Shown: in pieces, positions 1 through 9,492 of the stretch | Numbering within the stretch: position 1 is the stretch's first letter | How the letters are laid out: the number at the start of each line of letters is the position of its first letter | Source of the DNA: an uncultured archaeon | GTDB lineage: Archaea > Thermoplasmatota > Penumbrarchaeia > JASLWR01 | Length of the DNA stretch: 64,000 nt | Reading direction: 5' to 3' | NCBI GenBank assembly: GCA_964430885.1 | Contig: CAYSHM010000009.1 | Span: forward strand, 1-64,000 | Notes under the pieces: model-generated | Databases searched by the model: none | What the model was told of the DNA's origin: nothing | What the model saw: only the letters and a program-made list of their open reading frames with translations | Made by a program: the position numbers and the translations under genes

Positions 1-1739
1 TCATCCAATAGGGGTGCACGGATAGAGAATTCACCATCACTGAAGAGAAAATAATATGTGTGATTACCTAAGCCAAGTGAAGTTGAATAAGTATATGTAA
101 CACCCTTATCGAAATCATCCTCACTTGTATTTAGTTCAAATCCTACTCCATCAATAAACACCTGGGCAATTTCAGGTATGTCGTTTTCTCCATCTGAATA
201 TTCTATACTGTAAGTGAATATTGTATCTCTATTCCCTTCATAGGGATTAAGGTTGGGATTATCCAATGAAGGGGCATGATTTGCCAATATAACATTAGGA
301 CCGTATATATATCCTACAGCAGGGCATCTTACCTCGCTCATTCCATCGCTGAATGAAAAAAAGTAAGTATGGTTACCCGGAGGTAAAAGCGTCTTATAAG
401 TGTAGACTGACCCATCATCATATGTTGAATCCGATGAAGACATCAGATATCCAGTTCCATCAATGAATACCTTTCCATTAATGGCCGGATCGTTTTCCAG
501 ATCAGTGTAGGTGATATTAAAATTGAAATCCGTCTCAGAGTTCCCCTCTTCAGGCCAATGGGTCGGCGTAGATAGAATTGGAATAGAATTTACTTGAGGC
601 CCACTCCAATTTCCAGATGTTGGCATTCTGATAAGTTTTCCTCCTACAGCAAAAATAAAATAATACTCATGCATACCTGCAGTCAAGTTAGTTGAAAATG
701 AATAGGTCACACCTGATTTCCAACCTGAGGTGGATTCGGTTTCCATATCAAAGGCTATCCCATCTATTACGACCTCATGGCGTGTTGGAGATACATCTTC
801 CCTATAACTGTATTCCAAAGTATAGTTGAAAAGTGTTTCTGTATCGCCGGACATCGGTTCGAGATTCCCGTCTGTGAGTTCAGGCATTATTATTGGACGG
901 ATGTATTGATGAGTATGGTTGTGATTTACATTAGAATGCCCACCAGGATAGTCGGTCCAAATCTCTGCGTTAGTAGCCCCAAATATATGATGCTTATACA
1001 TTAGATGTGGGCCATAAGTCCCGTGAGCGGCATTAAAATCTGCAACCAAATTCAGAAGCATAGCATCCAAACCGTAAAATTTAGGATCATTCTGCATAAA
1101 TGAATTGCAGGAGCTATGGGTACCGCATGTGTTGTGAAACCATCTAACACCATTTGGCATTTCCACTAGATAAGTATCTACCTGTCCACCTGTACTTTCA
1201 TGGGCTGCTCCAAAGGCGGTAACAGTTACACCTAAAACTGAAATCGACCTGTTTTGCCCCATTGTTGGATTTAGCCGATGGACCTTGCTTGCATTCAATC
1301 CCCTAGATATCATATCGTTATAAACAGGGCTGTTCCCAATAACATGAGCGCCTGTGTTGTTTGCGACCAAGTAAGTGGTATCAGCGTCATAATGTGTCAT
1401 ATGACCATGGGATTCAGTAATTATTATATCTGCCTTATTTACTGTTGCAGGATCCCAATTGCATCCGGCGGCAGGAAATGCTTCAATGAAAATGTCAAGT
1501 GTTCCATCGTCTACTCGAAAGGCTGTTGAACCAGCAAATCCTCCAGTTCCGTCTGCCTGGAGAAAAGTAAAATTCAAATCAGGTTGTTCATCAGTTCTTA
1601 GTCTGTTGTTCTTGACTTCAAACTCTCTATAGCAATTTATGTGATTTCCGTTTTCCCCACAGTAAAATATTGGAATTGAAGAAAATGATAATATCAATAT
1701 AACTACAATACTCAAAACTCTTCTCAAAAATATCACCAT
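1..1739 (-). CDS. Secreted protein: metallo-beta-lactamase-like domain plus at least 3 tandem ~95-aa Ig-like repeats (runs off the window start)
   Basis: Not in the ORF track because its stop lies outside the window. Hand translation from ATG 1739 is open to position 3: signal peptide MVIFLRRVLSIVVILILSFSS, motif ESHGHMTH, then repeats P..G...T.F....Y.D.END.....V.IDG....M...G..Y...L..G.H.Y.F.FSDG. Confidence 0.85.
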   Translation of the reverse strand, partial: MVIFLRRVLSIVVILILSFSSIPIFYCGENGNHINCYREFEVKNNRLRTDEQPDLNFTFLQADGTGGFAGSTAFRVDDGTLDIFIEAFPAAGCNWDPATVNKADIIITESHGHMTHYDADTTYLVANNTGAHVIGNSPVYNDMISRGLNASKVHRLNPTMGQNRSISVLGVTVTAFGAAHESTGGQVDTYLVEMPNGVRWFHNTCGTHSSCNSFMQNDPKFYGLDAMLLNLVADFNAAHGTYGPHLMYKHHIFGATNAEIWTDYPGGHSNVNHNHTHQYIRPIIMPELTDGNLEPMSGDTETLFNYTLEYSYREDVSPTRHEVVIDGIAFDMETESTSGWKSGVTYSFSTNLTAGMHEYYFIFAVGGKLIRMPTSGNWSGPQVNSIPILSTPTHWPEEGNSETDFNFNITYTDLENDPAINGKVFIDGTGYLMSSSDSTYDDGSVYTYKTLLPPGNHTYFFSFSDGMSEVRCPAVGYIYGPNVILANHAPSLDNPNLNPYEGNRDTIFTYSIEYSDGENDIPEIAQVFIDGVGFELNTSEDDFDKGVTYTYSTSLGLGNHTYYFLFSDGEFSIRAPLLD

Positions 1740-2012
1740 TTTACTATTACAGTGTTATTAGTGTAAAAATATTAGCCTTTGATTCCTGCCTCTATTTATT
1801 AATACTATTATAGTAACTGGTCGAATTAGGGGCAATCAAATTTATTATGGTTGGAGTCGTATCGCTGGCTATTTAAAACTCTACTATCTGATATAGCGGC
1901 GTTAATAAGAAGCCATGATTAGGTTATTTCACTTCAAAATATGCTCCAAAAGGAATATAGACCTAAAGGACAAATTTTTTAATAAAATCTCCATAGGGAG
2001 ATTATTGATAAC

Positions 2013-2590
2013 ATGGATGCAAGAAAACATCTTAATACCACAGCATCATTTCTCATATTGTTCACTTTGGCAGTGGCGTTAATCCCTGTAGAATTCATTC
2101 AGCAGAATAAGTTAGATGTTGAAGATAAAAGAGAATTGATAACTGAATGAGACAAAACCAGGTCAACTACTATTTGGTAGGTTAATTCCACTCAATATAT
2201 TGAGGAAACCTTCACGGTTGGAATAGATGAGACCCTCATCATAGAACCGGCGGTACATTGGTTGCAGGAACCGTGGACGCTTCCAATGTGGATAAGAGAG
2301 AATTGGATTATTGGATCTATTATAAGCTGGATGACGGTGATTGGACCCAGGTGTCAGGTATACATGATTGGCGGCTTGTAGTTGATGCTGGAGAACTGAA
2401 AGCAGGAGTGCCCACACTCTTGATCCGCATGGAGGATGGATTGACAGACCTTGAGACCTCAATTTACCTGATTGTAGTTGATGAAAGAGGTAACGAAGAT
2501 AATGAAAGTCCAGGATTTGGATTGATAATATTATCTCTATCAATTTTTATACGTATGTTGGTTTTCCTAAACAAAAGGAAGACCGCCTGA
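2013..2590 (+). pseudogene. Degraded PGF-CTERM-type surface protein gene
   Basis: ATG 2013 gives a signal-like N-terminus, then in-frame TGA (2148-2150) and TAG, then ETLIIEP. A different frame (2258-2590) ends in SPGFGLIILSLSIFIRMLVFLNKRK (PGF + TM + basic tail). Confidence 0.55.
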
Positions 2591-3574
2591 TCAGATCAGG
2601 TTAGGGAAATAAGGATAGAGAAAGAGGAATGCCGCTCCGATTACAGCAATGAATGCTCCTATGATGCCTCTTCTATTCACTTTTTCCTTGTATAGTAACC
2701 ATACATATGGGATTATAAAGATGGGCATCAAGGCCATAAGGGTCGAAGCAATACCTGCAGCGATTTTTGTAATAGCTACCATTGAGAGCCAAACACCAAT
2801 AAAGGGGCCCGTAAAGGCACCAGCGGCAACTCTTTTTATTGACTTGGAATCCTTAATAGCTTTAATCACGCCAGACATTTTTCCGGTAAATATTACTACA
2901 AAAAGTATGAATGCACAAGCGATCAACATTCTAATATATGTTGCAGAGAGTGAATCAAGACAGTCCTCTCCTCCTCCGGCGAATAATCCGTATTTTGCAA
3001 CAACATATCCCAATCCCTGCCCAAGGGCCCCCCCCATACCTAGCATTATACCAAAGAATTTCTTTCTCGGGGTCAATTTATTTGTTTTTTTTTCACTCTC
3101 TGTTTCCTGTTCAAGTACTACTATGAATACTCCCGTAAGTGTCAATGCAATTCCTAAAAGGACCCATATTCCTAAATACTCATCGAGTATGATGAATCCG
3201 AAAATAGTTGAGAATATGGGTGCTGTGGACATCATGAGGACCCCTTTTCTGGGTCCTAAAATCACCAAAGTTCCGAAATATCCGAAATCCCCTAGTGCCA
3301 ATCCGATGATCCCGCTGAGGCCTAAATATTTCCAGTGAACGAACTCCTTTGAAGGTATTATGGTCTGGTAGATTACTAGATGAGCTGCGGTCAAGAAGAA
3401 AACTGCGATGACAATTCTGATGGTGTTCACATTCAGAGCACCGATACGTTTTCCCGCCGAGGCAAAAAGAACGGAGCAGGTCGTCCAAAGCACTGCTGTT
3501 ATTACCGCAGCCCCAGCACCGATGATGTTGGAGTCCATTGAATTCATTGGATTACAAGACTGGTAGCATATCAA
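2591..3574 (-). CDS. DMT/EamA family transporter
   Basis: About 10 hydrophobic helices in two EamA-like halves (LSGIIGLALGD...LG; GPFIGVWLSM...GIASTL...P). Confidence 0.9.
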   Translation of the reverse strand: MICYQSCNPMNSMDSNIIGAGAAVITAVLWTTCSVLFASAGKRIGALNVNTIRIVIAVFFLTAAHLVIYQTIIPSKEFVHWKYLGLSGIIGLALGDFGYFGTLVILGPRKGVLMMSTAPIFSTIFGFIILDEYLGIWVLLGIALTLTGVFIVVLEQETESEKKTNKLTPRKKFFGIMLGMGGALGQGLGYVVAKYGLFAGGGEDCLDSLSATYIRMLIACAFILFVVIFTGKMSGVIKAIKDSKSIKRVAAGAFTGPFIGVWLSMVAITKIAAGIASTLMALMPIFIIPYVWLLYKEKVNRRGIIGAFIAVIGAAFLFLYPYFPNLI

Positions 3575-3692
3575 TTTTGTTGAACTTTTTTCACCTGGGG
3601 TGTATTAATGTTCTTATTATTTGTTTTACTCAGCCGCCAATAATTATATAGTTACTGCTGAATAGGTAGTTGGGCTCTGAGAGGGTGAAAAA

Positions 3693-4553
3693 TTGATTGA
3701 TGATGATGATTTTTTTATAGAAACTTCTATTAGAAGAAATGATGGAAGAAAAAGAGATGAAATCAGACCCATAACGATTGTTCCAGGTAAGGTAAGACAG
3801 GTGAGGGGTTCAGCATACATTGAATGGGGAAACAACAAAATAATTGCTACTGTAACCGGACCTCAAAGAATTCATGATTATAGGTCCCGGAACAATTCAA
3901 GAGCCATAGTGGTATGTAAAATGAAAATGGCCCCTTTTGCCTTTGAAATGGATGCACTGAAAAACGGTGGGTCTAGCTCCATTTCAGAATCAAAGGAGAA
4001 CATAGCTATCATAGCCAATACCATGTCTGACACCTTCTCTGATGTTATATTGACGGAAAAATATCCCCGAACCTCCATTGATATTGCTATTGAAGTACTG
4101 CAGGCAGGAGCCGGATTGATGTCTGCTTCAATTACCGCATCCAGTGTTGCTCTGATCGATGCTGGAATACCGGTGAAGGATCTTGTATCTGCTTGTACAT
4201 TAGGTACAAAGGACGGGAAAATCCTTATTGACATAGGTCCTGAGGAATTGAAAAGTGTTGATTCATTGGTTAATTTAGGATTAATGCCAAGGACCTGTGA
4301 GTATGTTTTCATGGATGGGGCCGGTAAGATAAACCAAGATATTATCTTGGATATTCTGGATTGGGGAACAAGAGCATGTGAATCTGTGGCGCGGATTCAG
4401 AGGAGATCGTTTATTGATGGAGGTCCCATCAACGAGACGATGGAGTTTAATAATGGAACAGACGCCGATCTCTCGGAAACGATGATGATCCAAAGAACTC
4501 TCAGTGACAAAGAAGAACTGCTGAAGGATATTGATGACCTTATGGAGGAATGA
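3693..4553 (+). CDS. rrp41: Divergent exosome subunit Rrp41-like RNase PH-fold protein, active site degenerate
   Basis: RxDGRKRDEIRPI, GSAYIEWGNNKIIATVTGP, YPRTSIDI.IEVLQA, ALIDAGIP.KDLV; catalytic motifs replaced (see findings). Confidence 0.85.
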   Translation: MIDDDDFFIETSIRRNDGRKRDEIRPITIVPGKVRQVRGSAYIEWGNNKIIATVTGPQRIHDYRSRNNSRAIVVCKMKMAPFAFEMDALKNGGSSSISESKENIAIIANTMSDTFSDVILTEKYPRTSIDIAIEVLQAGAGLMSASITASSVALIDAGIPVKDLVSACTLGTKDGKILIDIGPEELKSVDSLVNLGLMPRTCEYVFMDGAGKINQDIILDILDWGTRACESVARIQRRSFIDGGPINETMEFNNGTDADLSETMMIQRTLSDKEELLKDIDDLMEE

Positions 4554-5329
4554 CCATGGAGGATATTTTAATTGATTTGAATAGGGAGTTCTATAAAGAT
4601 CTTGCCCACAAAGGGTTGAGGATGGACGGCCGGTCAACGGACCAACACAGGGAGATATGGTTGAGAACCGGAGTAATAACGACCGCCAATGGATCAGCAA
4701 GATTGAGGTTGGGTGAGACCGACGTTCTGACCTGCATAAGATACAATAGGGAAAAAATCCTCGATAAAAAAAATAACGATATATCTGTAGCAGTAACCAT
4801 CCGATTTCAATCAGGTATTTCAAATAATAAGGATTGGCCTTTCAATCAAGCTCATCTGAATGATTTGGCTTATTCCCTAAAAGGTGTCTTGTCGAATTCG
4901 GGATTCATGGATATCTCTGGGCTTCAAGGGCCAGCTGTTGATGAGATGTTGGTCTTCAATGTGGATATAATTATCTTGGATCATAATGGTAATATCCCAG
5001 ATGCTGTGGGATTAAGCGCATTGGCCGCTTTGGGAAATGCCAGTTTAACTGAAGATGATGGGGTCTTCGGCTATACTAAGAATAAAATCAATTTGATGGG
5101 TATGCCCATTCCCTTCAGCTTTGCCAAAATAGGTGACCTTATGATTTTGGACCCGGATATGAAGGAAGAGCTCACTGCAGGTGGGATCGTCACATTCTGG
5201 CTGGACCCTGGTAGAATGATGCATGCTGTTAATAAGTTCGGAAAAGGCCGGTATTCCCGGGATTTTTTTTTAAATGCTTTAAATATAGCTGCTGATAAAA
5301 TTCCGGAAATATATGCATTATTCCCCTGA
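4550..5329 (+). CDS. rrp42: Divergent exosome subunit Rrp42-like RNase PH-fold protein
   Basis: GLRMDGR, ANGSARLRLGET, ILDHNGNIPDA...ALAAL, LDP...EE; ATGA overlap with the rrp41-like gene. Confidence 0.85.
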   Translation: MTMEDILIDLNREFYKDLAHKGLRMDGRSTDQHREIWLRTGVITTANGSARLRLGETDVLTCIRYNREKILDKKNNDISVAVTIRFQSGISNNKDWPFNQAHLNDLAYSLKGVLSNSGFMDISGLQGPAVDEMLVFNVDIIILDHNGNIPDAVGLSALAALGNASLTEDDGVFGYTKNKINLMGMPIPFSFAKIGDLMILDPDMKEELTAGGIVTFWLDPGRMMHAVNKFGKGRYSRDFFLNALNIAADKIPEIYALFP

Positions 5330-5355
5330 CCTGCCGCAATCCGAGAACATTCCTC

Positions 5356-6048
5356 TCATCTAGGGCTGCTTTCTTCAATTTTTTTGGCAATGCCGTTTTC
5401 AATAGTGGACCTATGCAAATGGATGAATGCCAAAGCAGAAAGCAGTGTCGAAAGGCCGAATCCAAAGGAGAATATACCTGCAAAACACATTGCCTTTGCC
5501 TCCTTTAACTTATCCCTTTTCAAACCTATGATCCCCAGTATCTGAAATGTTGTTGATATGGTAAATATAAAAATGAATATCCCGCAGAGATCTGGCAGAT
5601 TATCTGCATTGAAACTGCCGTGATTAGTTTCTCCAATCCCCTTTTCCATACCTAGAAGTATGTCGTATGATCTATCATCGTGGTTCAGAAGATTTCTGGT
5701 TGTTGTGTGATAGGTCAGGTTCTTCATCCCGTCGGCCCTTACCGTAATAACCGTATTGCCGGGGTCGATATCCTCAAGAAAGACCTTTCCATCCTTGTCA
5801 GTATAACCGGAATATTGCCAATTATCTATTTCGATTACTACCTCGGCTCCTTCAACAGGACCACCTTCGGAGGTAACGGTGCATTGAATATCCACAGGAT
5901 TGCCAATTTTATCCACATTGCTGAGAAAAATAATTCCTGTGAAAAGGAACATAAATGAAAACATCACCGATCCAACCATGAACCTTCGGGCTCTTTCCCT
6001 TTCCCTCCTAGCCCTATTTCTGAGGTTTTTAGGATCCGGCAGATGCAT
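5356..6048 (-). CDS. Membrane protein with carboxypeptidase-regulatory-like beta-sandwich domain
   Basis: N-terminal TM, PVEGAEV...TDKDG motif, two C-terminal TMs. Confidence 0.7.
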   Translation of the reverse strand: MHLPDPKNLRNRARRERERARRFMVGSVMFSFMFLFTGIIFLSNVDKIGNPVDIQCTVTSEGGPVEGAEVVIEIDNWQYSGYTDKDGKVFLEDIDPGNTVITVRADGMKNLTYHTTTRNLLNHDDRSYDILLGMEKGIGETNHGSFNADNLPDLCGIFIFIFTISTTFQILGIIGLKRDKLKEAKAMCFAGIFSFGFGLSTLLSALAFIHLHRSTIENGIAKKIEESSPR

Positions 6049-6083
6049 GATTTAATCCCTTCAAAATTGATTTACCTCTATCT

Positions 6084-6725
6084 TTACAGAAGGAGCAGTT
6101 CCCCGATATCATTCAGGAAATGGTCAGGATTAGCTCTCTCGTAATTATGGAAATGAGGTCTGACCAACTGAGCAGTATGGGTTCCCGCTCTTTTACCGGC
6201 TATCACATCCAGTTCACTGTCCCCTATCATTATTGCCCTATCTGGTGAAACATTCATTTGATTCAGTACTTCTATAATTCCGTGGGGTTCCGGTTTTGAT
6301 GTTGCTTCCTTGTACCGGGTTGCATATATTTTATTGAAATGATCCAACAGTCCGACATACTCCAATTCGTCCCTAGCCACACTTTCAGGGGTATTGCTTA
6401 CAAGTGCTATCTCACCGGGGAGCTCCTTAATTTTTACCGCATCAGGATATGCCCGCAATGTCCCGTCAATGAACAGTTCTTTCCTCACCAGACGATCTTC
6501 CACCTCCAATCTCTTCCAATAGTCCAAAGGCTCCTTGATGCCCAAACTCTTCAAGTATTCATTTGATTTCTCAAAGGGCAATTTCAGGGAGGTATAGAGG
6601 TCGTCGTCCGGAGGCAGGAAAACTCCGAACTCTTCATAGACCTTCCTCTGGATGCTGCGGAACCACGCGATATCCTTTATATCTATCAATGTGCCATCTA
6701 GGTCAAAAATATAGGCATCGAACAT
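6084..6725 (-). CDS. HAD-superfamily hydrolase (phosphoglycolate phosphatase-like)
   Basis: FDLDGTL, VSN, KPEP, IGDSELDV motifs I-IV. Confidence 0.92.
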   Translation of the reverse strand: MFDAYIFDLDGTLIDIKDIAWFRSIQRKVYEEFGVFLPPDDDLYTSLKLPFEKSNEYLKSLGIKEPLDYWKRLEVEDRLVRKELFIDGTLRAYPDAVKIKELPGEIALVSNTPESVARDELEYVGLLDHFNKIYATRYKEATSKPEPHGIIEVLNQMNVSPDRAIMIGDSELDVIAGKRAGTHTAQLVRPHFHNYERANPDHFLNDIGELLLL

Positions 6726-6827
6726 AGTTCTGGAAAAGGATAAGCAGATATTTTAATCTTGTTCCATGATATTTTCAAGTGATGTAAACAGTCTTTTTAC
6801 TCTGTGAAGCCATCACTGATCGGGAAT

Positions 6828-7703
6828 CTATGCCGGATATACAATATGATTTGACCTTGATGATGTGAGGTGATTGATATCAAAATAAATTTTTCCATCT
6901 TCACCTAGACTCTCTTCGATCAAGGCAGTTACAAGCTCCCGATTATCCCTGCGAGTGAAAATACTGTCCAAAAAGGGACCGGTATTGCCGAAAATATAGG
7001 CAGTTCCGTCACCTTTCTTGACCTTGTAAGCCAGGGCGACCGGTCCGTGCAGATCCTTTCCTATCCCATCCATGACTCCGTTATCATTGAGATCAACAAA
7101 GGATTTGCTGGCAATATAAGGACGATCCCCCGGAGGTCGTACAACCCATATGGGTGATGTTGCCAGTATTCTGTGGGTTTCCAATTGGGAATCCTCAGTC
7201 ATGTTCAAAGCCAAGGGCTGGTTGAACATTATGTTCATCTCTTCAGTGAAGTAATTGGTAGTAGATATTATAAATGATGTGTTGAAATCGTATTCGCTGT
7301 CCTGTACCATATGGTCATAATAAAATATACCAAACCTGGATGCCAGCTCCCCTGCGGAAGCAGCATTGTCAGATGCCAAAACTAGTGTTCCTCCCTTCTC
7401 TACGTATTCAACCAGGGCCAAACGTTCGTTGACAGTGGGTGCGGTATCCAAACCTATCTTGAATATCATGGTATTACCAATATCCGGTAAGGAAGATGAA
7501 TGGGATGTGTTTGACAGATACTTAAAATCCTGCGGAGTATCCTCGTCCAGGAATTTCTGACACTTGGAAAGGTCCTTCCAGCCATTGATCGTATCTGGAT
7601 TTTTCCCTTTTTCAGTACACCCCATGGTGAATACCATTGAGAAAATAATAATTAGAAGCATAACTATCTCTAAAGGGGTTCTGAAGGACGGCATCTGAAT
7701 CAA
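6828..7703 (-). CDS. Probable lipoprotein, DUF4350/GATase-like fold
   Basis: Signal peptide ending TMGC; LVEYVEKGGTLVLASD and G.G..YIFG....F....DN patterns. Confidence 0.6.
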   Translation of the reverse strand: MIQMPSFRTPLEIVMLLIIIFSMVFTMGCTEKGKNPDTINGWKDLSKCQKFLDEDTPQDFKYLSNTSHSSSLPDIGNTMIFKIGLDTAPTVNERLALVEYVEKGGTLVLASDNAASAGELASRFGIFYYDHMVQDSEYDFNTSFIISTTNYFTEEMNIMFNQPLALNMTEDSQLETHRILATSPIWVVRPPGDRPYIASKSFVDLNDNGVMDGIGKDLHGPVALAYKVKKGDGTAYIFGNTGPFLDSIFTRRDNRELVTALIEESLGEDGKIYFDINHLTSSRSNHIVYPA

Positions 7704-7990
7704 TCCAAAATTTTATAAACGCAGTTTGAAAAACCAATAAGACATCACTAAGATATGTATAATAATATGTATCTCTCAGAATATATAATTTGTAGTCAGG
7801 TAAATCCAAAGGGATAATTTGACTTAGATACGTTGATTTTTTTTTAGGGGTGGAATAATCCTAACAGCAATGATTATCGTGCAAAGCTCAATTGCCACCA
7901 AAGGAAATATATACTTACTTTGAAATGACTGGTTTTGCCTGATTATTATTTTCTCGATGCTGGATGAAGTAAATAAATAGGGAGTTCATT

Positions 7991-8542
7991 ATGGATACAA
8001 AGATCTACATCACACCGGATGAACTATTGGATCAATCTTTTGCTCTGGCCAATATGATTTGGGATGATGGATTTTATCCTGATTTCCTGGTTGGCCTATG
8101 GCGCGGAGGAACACCTCCGGGAATCGCTATTCAGGAGTTCTTTGCTTACAAGGGAATGAATGTATATCATACGGCAATAAAGACCCAGTCGTACACTGGA
8201 ATAATGTCCTCGGGGCCAGTTTCCATCAAGGGAATTGACCATGTTATAGAAACAATCAATAGTGAGGATAATCTGCTCCTTGTGGATGATGTTTTTGATT
8301 CAGGAAAAACAATGGAAGCCGTAGTTGATACTATCAAAAGCAAGGCCCGAAAGAATGCTCCGACTATCCGTATAGCGGTAGTTTATTACAAACCCAAGCA
8401 CAACGAATCCAACCTGGTACCTGATTATTATGTGGTGGAGAATAACTCATGGCTGATTTTCCCCCACGAACTCCAGGGCCTCACGAAGGAAGAAATATAT
8501 CTGAAGGAACCTGATGTGGCTAAATACCTTTTTGAAGATTAG
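7991..8542 (+). CDS. Purine phosphoribosyltransferase (HPRT/XGPRT-like)
   Basis: LWRGG, PRPP motif LLLVDDVFDSGKT, PDYY...WLIFPHE. Confidence 0.9.
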   Translation: MDTKIYITPDELLDQSFALANMIWDDGFYPDFLVGLWRGGTPPGIAIQEFFAYKGMNVYHTAIKTQSYTGIMSSGPVSIKGIDHVIETINSEDNLLLVDDVFDSGKTMEAVVDTIKSKARKNAPTIRIAVVYYKPKHNESNLVPDYYVVENNSWLIFPHELQGLTKEEIYLKEPDVAKYLFED

Positions 8543-8569
8543 TGGTCCAACACAAATAGTTGGAAAGGG

Positions 8570-9460
8570 TTAGAGAAGTTCGTCCATTAATGACATTGTG
8601 TGATATTCCTTCTGCTCTTTACCGCATTTCACCGCTATCAATTCTGCCAATATGGCAACTGCGATCTCTCCTGGTGTCTGGGCTCCGATATCCAATCCGA
8701 TGGGGGAATGGATCTTGTTAAGTTTTTCCTCATTAGCCCCCAGTGAAAGGCATTTTTCAATATTCTTCCTCACCTTTATCCGGGATCCGATCATTCCCAC
8801 ATATCGAATGTTATCCCAGTTTTTTTCCAGGATTGTCTGCAGTACCTCCAGATCGTGAATGTGCTGATGGGTAACTATTATGAAATAGGCCGCCGAATTG
8901 AGTTCAAGAGATCGAATGGATTCGACATAGTTGCCGAGCAGCACCTCCGCTTCAGGGAATAGCTCGGCCTGTGCGAACTCGGCACGGTTGTCTAATATTA
9001 CAATATCCAGGTCCAATTCCCCCAGAATCCTGTAGAGCGATCTCGCGATATGCCCCGCTCCCGCTATGAAAATCCTGCCCCTGGGATAATGGCATTGAAT
9101 AAATACGCTCATATCTCCCCCGCATATCATACCGGTGTCTTCATGGGTTTCAGATTTGATTTCATTGTCATCATCCGACCCTATAGGTGCTCCATCAATA
9201 ACACTACCAAGGGAATACTCCAGAAGAGCGGATTCTTCCCGGTAATTAAGCATATCCCTGGACTTTGTAATGACCTGTTTTTCTATGCTTCCACCGCCTA
9301 TTGAACCGTGTATATTGCCGTTTATCTCTATGATCATGGTACTGCCGGTCTTCCGGGGCGTGGAATCTGATGTTTTGACCACTGTAGCATGGGCAAATGC
9401 AGTGCCCTTTTCCCTCAATCGGTTCATTTCTTTTACCAGGTGCATCCTTACCACTTTCAA
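8570..9460 (-). CDS. xdhC: XdhC/CoxI family molybdoenzyme maturation factor
   Basis: STPR..G..M, GSIGGGSIE, ICGG, GAGHIA, VTHQH..D, YVGMIGS, PIGLDIGA.TP.EIA. Confidence 0.9.
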   Translation of the reverse strand: MKVVRMHLVKEMNRLREKGTAFAHATVVKTSDSTPRKTGSTMIIEINGNIHGSIGGGSIEKQVITKSRDMLNYREESALLEYSLGSVIDGAPIGSDDDNEIKSETHEDTGMICGGDMSVFIQCHYPRGRIFIAGAGHIARSLYRILGELDLDIVILDNRAEFAQAELFPEAEVLLGNYVESIRSLELNSAAYFIIVTHQHIHDLEVLQTILEKNWDNIRYVGMIGSRIKVRKNIEKCLSLGANEEKLNKIHSPIGLDIGAQTPGEIAVAILAELIAVKCGKEQKEYHTMSLMDELL

Positions 9461-9492
9461 TATTATTCTGCTGATTAATTACTGCCTTTCAA

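Noticed and set aside
2148-2180. In-frame TGA and TAG as possible Sec/Pyl recoding or alternative genetic code
   Set aside because: TGA and TAG end many conserved genes here at the expected positions, and a frame change also follows; decay is simpler.
2649-3338. Long antisense ORFs (also 32654-33190, 37717-38292, 58444-59094, 9493-9720 and others)
   Set aside because: Shadows of real genes, or overlapping the sRNA, with no recognisable motifs.
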